Of a stretch of 57,307 nucleotides of DNA, positions 44,893 through 52,486 are shown piece after piece. The notes under the pieces were generated by a model. That model searched no databases and was not told the origin of the DNA. It was given only the letters and a program-made list of their open reading frames with translations. Both the position numbers and the translations under genes were made by a program. Positions within the stretch are counted from its first letter, which is position 1. Each line of letters opens with the position of its first letter. Source of the DNA: Ilumatobacteraceae bacterium. Lineage in GTDB: Bacteria; Actinomycetota; Acidimicrobiia; Acidimicrobiales; Ilumatobacteraceae. The stretch covers positions 1 to 57,307 of the forward strand of contig JBGSII010000025.1 in assembly GCA_041742555.1 (NCBI GenBank), given 5' to 3'.

Positions 44893-45028
44893 TGCTGAAC
44901 CTCCTCTGTCCGCCTGTACGGAGTCACGCTAACTGATCGTCCGCCGACAGGGAGACGAAACCACAACCCTTGAGGCAACCATGATGGCTTCTTGATGAGG
45001 TCTTCGTACAGCGATCACCGGAGGGTCG

Positions 45029-45925
45029 TCAACTGTCGTCACACTGCAAGTCCACGATCACCGACTCCAGACCGTCGGGGGTCGGGCCGACGAAGGCAAC
45101 GGCGATCGAGCTCGGGCTCGACGAGAGCACACGCGCCTCGTCGTCCACCACTTCCACCCCGTCGGGATGCACCCACCGGGCGCTGGTATCGGCGCCTGAC
45201 CCACGCAGTTCCAGCTGGCCCGACGAACTGGCTGCATCGATTCGTAGCGGCGTGAACTGGCAGACGGTCACGAACAGCGCCGAGGTACCACGACCGGTGG
45301 TCGCCTCGCCGCGACCGACCGCGGAGAGCGGGTCCAGCGGATCTTCGACGGTTCCCGGTGGCTCGGAAGGCACCAACTCCGCCGGCGAATCGTTGAGCAC
45401 GAGCACCAGCCGGATGGCCCAGCATCCGTCATCATCGCGGTCGATCAGCTCAATGCTGCCTCGACCGGTGTCGGACGTGAGCTCCAGGACGAGGAGATCG
45501 GAACCCGGGATGGCCTCGGTCTCCTCGGCGTCGAAGCCATTGAAGGTCACGTCGAGGGCATCGACGAGCGATCGCTCGCCGTCGGTGGTGACCCCCAGCA
45601 CGTGGTACCGCAGTTGCTCCACCGACGTCTCGGTGACGATGATGCCATCGGGGACGACGAACGGCCAGCCTCCAGGGACCTCGACCGCGTCCTGCTCACA
45701 ACCACCCGCCGGGTCCGCAAGTTCCGGGAGCGGCGTTGGATCAGGGCTCCCATCGAGCGCGTCGATCGGATTCATCGGTAGGTCGGTGCTGTCGACCACT
45801 CCGCCGAGCACGGTGTCGCTCGACATTGGCGACGATGAGGTGCCGCCGTCACCACCGCTGCACGCTCCGAACAGCACGACCGCGGACGCGGTGAACAACA
45901 CCCGACCCGCCTTGCCTCTCGCCAT
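45029..45925 (-). CDS. Hypothetical secreted protein / possible lipoprotein
   Basis: MARGKAGRVLFTASAVVLFGAC|SGGDGG resembles a lipobox. The rest is an acidic, Asp/Glu/Val-rich protein with no family recognised. Confidence 0.5.
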   Translation of the reverse strand: MARGKAGRVLFTASAVVLFGACSGGDGGTSSSPMSSDTVLGGVVDSTDLPMNPIDALDGSPDPTPLPELADPAGGCEQDAVEVPGGWPFVVPDGIIVTETSVEQLRYHVLGVTTDGERSLVDALDVTFNGFDAEETEAIPGSDLLVLELTSDTGRGSIELIDRDDDGCWAIRLVLVLNDSPAELVPSEPPGTVEDPLDPLSAVGRGEATTGRGTSALFVTVCQFTPLRIDAASSSGQLELRGSGADTSARWVHPDGVEVVDDEARVLSSSPSSIAVAFVGPTPDGLESVIVDLQCDDS

Positions 45926-45993
45926 ACCCCGAAGTGTAAGGGCCTTCCATGCCGTTGTGGTCGCGGCCTCGACGCTCCCACAACAGCATGGTG

Positions 45994-47571
45994 TCAGAAC
46001 GGCGTCAGCTTCTCGAGGCGTCCCGCGCCTTGGAGCGCAACGAAGATGTTGGTCCCGTCGAACGCGATCCCGAATGGCCCGGTGCCGACTGGGATCACTG
46101 CGACACCGGCGGTCAAGGGACTGATCACGGCCACGGCAGCACCCGTGAACCTACTCACGTAGATGTTCTTGCCATCGTAGGCCACGCCACGGGCGCCGGA
46201 AACCGTGATGGCGGTTCCAACGATTGCGTCGGTGGCGGCGTCGATCCGGCTCACCGTGCCGGCAGCGGTGTTCGCCACCCACAGCAGCGTTCCGTCGAAG
46301 GCGATTCCGCGAGGGGCTGTTCCAACCGGTATCGTCGTCGTAACAGTCCCCGTCGCGGGGTCGACCACGCTGACGTTGTTCGAGGCGAAGTTGGTGACGT
46401 AAAGCTCCTCGCCATCGAACGCGATCGAGTCCGGGCTACTGCCCACAGCCACCGTGTCGAGCACGTCTCCGCTGACCGGGTTGACTTGGGAGATCGTGCC
46501 ACTCCCGGAATTGGCAACCCAGATGCTGGTCCCGTCGAACGCCAGACCAACCGGCGAGGCTCCGACTGTGACGGCGGCGCCCGCCACGCCCGCTGTGATC
46601 GGGGTGATCGTACCGTCACCAAAGTTGGAGACCCAGATCCGTGTACCGTCGAAGGCGATCCCGAACGGCTGGTCCCCCACGGGCACCACCGCTGTCTCGG
46701 TGTTGGTCGCCGGATCGACAATCGAGACCGTATCGTCACCGAAGTTGGTCACGTAGATCGACGAACCGTCCGTGGCAACGAGCGTCGGCTGGACGCCCAC
46801 CTCGATCACGCCGCGCCGACCTGGATCCTGTCCCCACTGCAACAGGGCGATCTGCTCGTCGGTCAATCGGTTGGTGGAGCCTCCCGGAGGGCCGGCAGGA
46901 CCAGCAGGACCAGCAGCACCATCATCGCCATCTGCGCCGGCTGGACCAGCAGGACCAGCAGGACCAGCAGGACCCACGGTGCCACCGCCGGCCTCGAGCG
47001 CCAGCAGGCGCTCATTGATCTCGACCAGCGACTTCGGGGTGTAGTAGCCGACGACGTCGGCCAGGACGAAGACCGAACCAGACTGGTTGAAGACCTTGAA
47101 TCGGCCGTTGGCGTCGAGCTTCACGTCGACCTTGTTCGGAATCGGTGGCGCCCCGGCCGCCGGCACGTTCAGGTTCGACACCAACGGTGGCGTCGTGAGG
47201 TTGGCCGGATACAGCCGAAGGTTGGTTGCGGCCGTGGCACCGACGGCAGTGACGTTGAGCGCAACCCCGGTTGCGTCCGAAGGAATCGTGCAGTTCCCAT
47301 TGGACCCGCGGACCGAGACCGTCGCCGACTGCCCAGGCCCGAGCGGCGTGCGCCGTGGGCCGACCTGATCCGGTGGCGGGCGGAAGTCGAACAGCCGACA
47401 CGGTGCAACCGGCACGTAGGTCGTGTCCGCTTGACCCGGTGCAGCCTCCACGCGCCACGCCGCCAATCCCGCAACCGTCGTCGACACGACAAGCGCGGCT
47501 GCGAGAGCGGTTCGGGAGATGCGCCGGCGCTCGGAACGAGTCGTGTCTCTCATGTCTGGTCCCTTCATCAC
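45994..47571 (-). CDS. Secreted protein: N-terminal beta-rich domain, short coiled coil, collagen-like GXY repeat, YVTN-type beta-propeller
   Basis: Signal peptide RRRISRTALAAALVVSTTVAGLAAWRVEA. The collagen-like run is GPAGPAGPAGPAGADGDDGAAGPAGPAGPPGGS. About 7 repeats of the type IYVTNFGDDTVSIVDPATNTETAVVPVGDQPFGIAFDG follow. Start options are GTG 47571, ATG 47568 and ATG 47553; the last has the best SD (AAGGGA). Confidence 0.85.
   Translation of the reverse strand: MMKGPDMRDTTRSERRRISRTALAAALVVSTTVAGLAAWRVEAAPGQADTTYVPVAPCRLFDFRPPPDQVGPRRTPLGPGQSATVSVRGSNGNCTIPSDATGVALNVTAVGATAATNLRLYPANLTTPPLVSNLNVPAAGAPPIPNKVDVKLDANGRFKVFNQSGSVFVLADVVGYYTPKSLVEINERLLALEAGGGTVGPAGPAGPAGPAGADGDDGAAGPAGPAGPPGGSTNRLTDEQIALLQWGQDPGRRGVIEVGVQPTLVATDGSSIYVTNFGDDTVSIVDPATNTETAVVPVGDQPFGIAFDGTRIWVSNFGDGTITPITAGVAGAAVTVGASPVGLAFDGTSIWVANSGSGTISQVNPVSGDVLDTVAVGSSPDSIAFDGEELYVTNFASNNVSVVDPATGTVTTTIPVGTAPRGIAFDGTLLWVANTAAGTVSRIDAATDAIVGTAITVSGARGVAYDGKNIYVSRFTGAAVAVISPLTAGVAVIPVGTGPFGIAFDGTNIFVALQGAGRLEKLTPF
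46876..46990 (-). repeat. Collagen-like Gly-X-Y coding repeat (11-12 uninterrupted triplets)
   Basis: The + strand reads ...ggaccagcaggaccagcagcacc...ggaccagcaggaccagcaggaccagcaggaccc, a 9-bp periodicity equal to (GPA)n on the - strand. Confidence 0.85.
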
Positions 47572-47650
47572 TTCGCTGATTCGAGAGCGTTGACCGTAGC
47601 CCGCTCACCTCGAGGGACGCCAACGCGCTGAGCTCGGACCGCCATCTCGA

Positions 47651-48433
47651 TCAGCGAGTTTCGTCGAACAACCCGAACTCGGATCGCTCGGCAGCGGTCA
47701 TCGGCCGCTTGCGACCCAGCATCTCGTTGAGACGCATCCGCGGGCCGCGGTTGCCCGACCATCTGGAGATCTGCATGCCACTGTCGACCACGTAGATGGC
47801 TCCACGGAACGGGAGCGCGCTCAGCGGGCGGCCCAGTTCGAGGCTTCGTTCCTCCCATTTCGCGTGGTTCGAACAGAATCGGTCGAAGACGTGCGGCCCG
47901 GCATCGTCGTGGCGCTCCGGGAGATCCTCCGGAGCGAACCGGAAGATCGCGCAGGTGCCACAACATTTGTCAAAGGCAGGGCCGAGGCGGTTGACGGCGG
48001 GCAGGCACCACACGGTGCCGGTCTCGGCTGCACCCTCGTAGCCGGTCGTCAGCAGGTAGCCGTGCGGGTCCTGATCGTTGCGGACGAACTGAACGATCCG
48101 ATTGCTCACGAGGTCGTCGTAGTCCACGCCGAACATGTACCCACCTCCCTCGCGTCTCACCTCCGCCGCGCAACGCCGCATCTTGAGGTTGCGATCGGCT
48201 CGCATCAGCTCGGGATCCCGCAGCACCGGGTGGTCCAATTGCAGAAACCGCAGGTTCGGACGGTCTGAGTACGAGGTCTCGGGAACGTCGTGACAGGCAA
48301 CAAACACCGTGAAATTGTCGTCGGTCTGGTTGAAGATGCTGTGCAACGTCCGGTCGAGCACCTGCTCGACCCTCACCCAGTCGTCGCCGACACGCTTGCT
48401 CTTGAGCGGGATGCAGAAGAAGAAGCCGGTCAT
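47651..48433 (-). CDS. Glycosyltransferase, GT-A fold (GT2-like)
   Basis: MTGFFFCIPLKSKRVGDDWVRVEQVLDRTLHSIFNQTDDNFTVFVACHDVPE...GVDYDDLV (DxD-type). Start trimmed to ATG 48433. Confidence 0.65.
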   Translation of the reverse strand: MTGFFFCIPLKSKRVGDDWVRVEQVLDRTLHSIFNQTDDNFTVFVACHDVPETSYSDRPNLRFLQLDHPVLRDPELMRADRNLKMRRCAAEVRREGGGYMFGVDYDDLVSNRIVQFVRNDQDPHGYLLTTGYEGAAETGTVWCLPAVNRLGPAFDKCCGTCAIFRFAPEDLPERHDDAGPHVFDRFCSNHAKWEERSLELGRPLSALPFRGAIYVVDSGMQISRWSGNRGPRMRLNEMLGRKRPMTAAERSEFGLFDETR

Positions 48434-48443
48434 CACCGGGACA

Positions 48444-49634
48444 CTAACGCCGTTGATCGATTGCAGCCACCAGACGCGCAGCGGCGGTCGGCCACCCGAA
48501 CACGGCACCACAAGCGTGGTGGGCTCGCTCAGCCATGCGCTCGAGCGCTGGCCCATCATCGATCGACTCAAGGATCCGGGCGACCAGACCGGCCTCGTCG
48601 TCGGCTGCGAGCATGCTCTCTCCGTCCACCAGCGGGAGACCGGCCGCACAATGCGTCAGGCACGCGAGCGGCACGTGATTGAAGATGTAGTCGAGCGACT
48701 TCAGCTTGAAACCGCCTCCGAGCGACTCGGAGATCACGCCGACGCGACACGAGTCGAGGAACGCCCCTGGGCTGTCCACCCACCCGACGAAGCGCGTCGA
48801 CCGGAGCTGGGGCTCGATGGAGTGGCGGAACCCCTCGGGCACGCGACCACCGATCACGAGCTCGCATCCCGACGAGGCGAACGCAGGGTCCGCCACGGTG
48901 AGGAAACGCCGCAAACCTTCCTGCTTGACATGCCACTCGAAGCTGCCCAAGATGCCGGCCCGACGGGGTCGGGTCGGCATCGCCGGCCAGGTCGAGCGGG
49001 GCACGCCCGACCAACCGGGTGCGACCACCACGAACGACGTGTCCGCGGCCTCGGCCTCGAACCGCTCCCGGTCGAGGTCGGTGATCGTTGACACGACGTC
49101 ACAACTGTTCACTGTCATGGACTCGAGCCTCGCGGTTCGACGCACGTCGTATCGGAGTACGGCGCGGCGAACGAACGAATGCTCGGCAGCCGCGATCTCC
49201 GATCGCATGCTCGTCTCGTGGTTGTGAGCGACATAGACCGTCGTGGGCCCGGACGGAAGCGACGAGAGCAGCCGTGTCGCCCATGCCGACTGCAGTCCAT
49301 CGATCACCACGACATCCCACGGCTCGTCGAGCAATTCCCGGACGCGTTCGCTCAACATGCGGGTCGCAGTCTTCGCAGCGGCATGAGGAAGTGGTGACAA
49401 CAGCGTTCGCACCGCCGAGCGAGTGGTGTCGGCGACAGGGATCCAGGTGACGTCAGCTCCAGACGTCGCGTTGAGCTCTGACGCCGACTGACGTCCGAGT
49501 CCGACGGCGGTCACGTGCTGACCGAGACCGGCGACGGCATCGATCAACGAGTGGGAGTAGACGAGTGCTCCCGTGGACGGTGACGTCGTCAACTCTGGGG
49601 TGATCCACAGCCACCGGGCCTGCGGATGGCTCAT
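48444..49634 (-). CDS. Glycosyltransferase, GT-B fold (GT4-like)
   Basis: WLWITPELTTSPSTGALVYSHSLIDAVAGLGQHVT... and C-terminal ISESLGGGFKLKSLDYIFNHVPL. Start trimmed to ATG 49634, overlapping the upstream stop (ATGA). Confidence 0.65.
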   Translation of the reverse strand: MSHPQARWLWITPELTTSPSTGALVYSHSLIDAVAGLGQHVTAVGLGRQSASELNATSGADVTWIPVADTTRSAVRTLLSPLPHAAAKTATRMLSERVRELLDEPWDVVVIDGLQSAWATRLLSSLPSGPTTVYVAHNHETSMRSEIAAAEHSFVRRAVLRYDVRRTARLESMTVNSCDVVSTITDLDRERFEAEAADTSFVVVAPGWSGVPRSTWPAMPTRPRRAGILGSFEWHVKQEGLRRFLTVADPAFASSGCELVIGGRVPEGFRHSIEPQLRSTRFVGWVDSPGAFLDSCRVGVISESLGGGFKLKSLDYIFNHVPLACLTHCAAGLPLVDGESMLAADDEAGLVARILESIDDGPALERMAERAHHACGAVFGWPTAAARLVAAIDQRR

Positions 49635-51031
49635 GACCACAAGGCGCGTGAGACGGTCGGACTGGACTTCGACTCCCGCGAACGCTCGTCCGACAGCGAT
49701 TTGTCGGGCGGCGACGACCGCAACTGCTCGTACGCGACGGCGATCAGTCCGAGCGAGATGCCTGTCACGGCGGCGAGGCGGTACTTGTCGAGCGCCGGTT
49801 CGACGAGCGCCTTGCCGAGCACCGCTCCAATCATGATCACAGCCGACATCGCGACCGCTGCGCAGCCGTTGCTGACGAGCAGACGCCAGGCACGCACACC
49901 GAACCATGCCGTCGTCGCCACAGCGACCACGAAAGACGCCAAACCGATCAACCCGACCCGGAGGGCGAGATCGAGCACGATGTTGTGTGCCGCCGCATTC
50001 ACCTCTCCCTTCTCGACGGACGCGACGATTCGGGTACCGACACCGGAACCGATCCACGGATGCTCCGAGATCTTCTCGAGGGCCTCGTCCTGAAGTGATA
50101 TTCGCGCGTCCGCGCTCTGTTCGTTACCGACGCCGCCGAACGCATCCTCGATGGATGAAACCAGCACACCGGGCGATCTGGTCACCACGAATCCGAACAG
50201 GACAACGGCTGCCAACGCTGCGAGACCAAGGGCAACCTGCGAGGTGGTGACAGCCGAGCGCCGATGCCACGTCGATCCCAGAGCGACGAAGGCGAGCACG
50301 ACGACGGCGACAGCAAGGCTGATGTAGGAGGCTCGCTGCGCCCCGGACATCGGCCCCAACATCAACACGACACATGCGATCACGACCCGCAGCCGTGGCT
50401 GTTCGCGAACGGTCTCGATGAGCAGGGCACCGGCGCCGATGCCCACCAGCATCGTGATCGTGTCGGTGCTGAGCAGGCCGAGCCGAGGCAATCGCTGGAG
50501 CGGCAGATCGACGGAGACGACCGTGCCAGAGGTTCGCAGCAGCAGCGCGAGCGGCACCAACGGAGCGAGCACGAGCGCACACGTCCCCGCCGAGTTGGCC
50601 AGACGACGAAGGTCGGCGCCAGAGGCAACCACCGCGCCACCGACCAGGTAGAAGAGCGTCTTGCTCTGGTACAGCACGTCCATCGGGGGCAGGTCGTTGA
50701 GAAAGCCCGTCAGTGAACCTGTCGCATAGATCACGATGAACGGGATCCACACCATCGCCAGCGGACCGATCCGTCGCCAGGGAGCCACGACGACGCGCGC
50801 CGCGATGGCGGCCAGAATGATCACGTCCGGCACTCGGAAGTCCTGCCCGAAGAACGACGGCCGCAGGATACCGATCGGGACGTCGGCGCCTCCTCCGGCG
50901 ACGACCGCTTCAACGAGGACGACGACGACCAGCGCGACGAAGATCCCGTGGCGGCGACCGGCGATCTCGAGCGAGACGAACCAGAGCACCAGCCCCAACA
51001 ACACGAGCGCGCCGAGGGCCAAGATCAGCAC
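49631..51031 (-). CDS. O-antigen ligase/polymerase family membrane protein (Wzy-like)
   Basis: About 10-12 predicted TM helices. A loop with HPWIGSGVGTRIV...AAHNIVLDLALRVGLIGL is typical of the Wzy_C region. GTG start at 51031 overlaps the upstream gene by 7 nt. Confidence 0.7.
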   Translation of the reverse strand: MLILALGALVLLGLVLWFVSLEIAGRRHGIFVALVVVVLVEAVVAGGGADVPIGILRPSFFGQDFRVPDVIILAAIAARVVVAPWRRIGPLAMVWIPFIVIYATGSLTGFLNDLPPMDVLYQSKTLFYLVGGAVVASGADLRRLANSAGTCALVLAPLVPLALLLRTSGTVVSVDLPLQRLPRLGLLSTDTITMLVGIGAGALLIETVREQPRLRVVIACVVLMLGPMSGAQRASYISLAVAVVVLAFVALGSTWHRRSAVTTSQVALGLAALAAVVLFGFVVTRSPGVLVSSIEDAFGGVGNEQSADARISLQDEALEKISEHPWIGSGVGTRIVASVEKGEVNAAAHNIVLDLALRVGLIGLASFVVAVATTAWFGVRAWRLLVSNGCAAVAMSAVIMIGAVLGKALVEPALDKYRLAAVTGISLGLIAVAYEQLRSSPPDKSLSDERSRESKSSPTVSRALWS

Positions 51032-52272
51032 ACCGCCTCCGTCGGCACGGTCGGAGGTGGGCTGTCCGACACGTCGCGCAGGATCCGATCGAACTCGCCG
51101 GCGATCCGATCGATGTCGAACGTCCGCTCGGCGTAGTCACGAGCTGCTCTGGCCATCGCCCCCCGACGCTGTGGATCGTCGACGAGCCTCGTCGCAGCCT
51201 CCACGAAGCCATCACGGTCGCCTGGCTCGACGACCAGTCCGGAACCGTTTCCACCGATCGTTCGTGCCGCGAGATTGTCGTGCGGCAGCGCGCCGAGAAT
51301 CGCACGACCGGCGCAGTGGTACGTGAGCACCTTCGACGGCACCGAGAAGACACCCGCGTCGGGTTCGAGCAGCACGAGCAGCACGTCGCCCGAGCCCAGC
51401 ATGTCGGGGAGATCGACGTAGTCCTGGAACGGGAGCAGATCGAGTTGACCAGGGTCGGCGTGCTCGCGCAGCCAGTCGGCGCCCTTGCCTTCGGACGCCA
51501 CCACGACCCGGACGTCAGGACGATCACGGAACGCCTGCGCGAGCGCGAGGAGCATCGCTGGGTCGTGCTTCAGCCCCAACGTGCCGGCATACAGCAGGAC
51601 GACCTCGTCACCGATGCCATGTCGTTGCGACCACTGGTTCGGGCGAGAGCGGACCTCGACCTCTTCGAGCGGCGCCCAATTCTCGATCACGGTGATGCGA
51701 TCGGACGCCACACCCCAGTCCCGCAGAATCGGCGAAAAATCATGGCTGATGGCGACCACGTGATCACTCGACCGTGTCAGCCAGCGCTCGATCCACACGA
51801 AGCACCTGCCGAGCAACGGTCCGATCGGACGGGCCCGGGTACGCAGGTGTTGCTGGAGCGCAACGCTGTAGACGTCCTGCTGCCAGAACACGACCGGGAT
51901 TCGCAGGACGGCGAGGAGCAGATGCACGATCGCTGCCGCCAGCAGCGGCGTGTTCGCCGAAATGACCACATCGGGTCGAAGCTCGACGATCAGACGTCCC
52001 AACCGGATCCCGTAGGCGATCTCGTCGCGGAAACGCCGAAGGCTGGAATACTTCGAGAACGAACGACCGAGATCGACCGGACGGCTCGAGAAGCTCCCCT
52101 CCGAACCACCCACAGCGCCCTGGGGGGTTTGGAACGACGGGCAGTAGGCATGCACGACCCGCTCGCCATTGAGCGCGAGCCGACGCGCGAGTTGGACCTG
52201 GAACGGGTGTCCCGAGAAGTCGTGGACCAGGACGCACCGAGCCCGGTGATGATCTCTCCGCCTCACCATCAC
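51025..52272 (-). CDS. Glycosyltransferase family 4 (WcaI-like)
   Basis: VLVHDFSGHPFQVQLARRLALNGERVVHAY... and FSVPSKVLTYHCAGRAILGA, the pattern of WcaI-type GT-B enzymes. Confidence 0.8.
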   Translation of the reverse strand: MMVRRRDHHRARCVLVHDFSGHPFQVQLARRLALNGERVVHAYCPSFQTPQGAVGGSEGSFSSRPVDLGRSFSKYSSLRRFRDEIAYGIRLGRLIVELRPDVVISANTPLLAAAIVHLLLAVLRIPVVFWQQDVYSVALQQHLRTRARPIGPLLGRCFVWIERWLTRSSDHVVAISHDFSPILRDWGVASDRITVIENWAPLEEVEVRSRPNQWSQRHGIGDEVVLLYAGTLGLKHDPAMLLALAQAFRDRPDVRVVVASEGKGADWLREHADPGQLDLLPFQDYVDLPDMLGSGDVLLVLLEPDAGVFSVPSKVLTYHCAGRAILGALPHDNLAARTIGGNGSGLVVEPGDRDGFVEAATRLVDDPQRRGAMARAARDYAERTFDIDRIAGEFDRILRDVSDSPPPTVPTEAVC

Positions 52273-52486
52273 CTGCCGACTCTAACCGCACCGCAGCACT
52301 GAGCACTCCAGTTCGCGGCCCGCTCGACCGATACCACCGTGTGCATTCATCTCGTCCCGACCGCCACCGATGCCCTCAGCGGCAACACGCACGACTCTGC
52401 GACGCCCCAGCGGGGCCGGAATCTGGCGCCGACGCCGCTGACGACCGGTACCCTCACGGTTTCACCATGGGTAGGAACCGGTGCAG
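52273..52486. promoter_or_regulatory. Divergent promoter region (GT/Wzy operon on the - strand; ABC exporter on the + strand)
   Basis: Back-to-back gene starts. No specific motif identified. Confidence 0.35.

Noticed and set aside
46876-46990. 9-bp periodic ggaccagca repeats as a possible CRISPR array or non-coding microsatellite
   Set aside because: The repeats have no spacers and lie in frame within a long ORF. They encode Gly-Pro-Ala triplets, so they are a collagen-like coding repeat.
45994-47571. Collagen-repeat/beta-propeller protein as a prophage tail fibre
   Set aside because: No capsid, terminase, tail or integrase genes are nearby. The neighbours are GTs and a Wzy-like polymerase in the same orientation.
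45949-47631. 560-aa + ORF
   Set aside because: It is antisense to the collagen/YVTN gene. It is Arg/Gly/Asp-rich without motifs.
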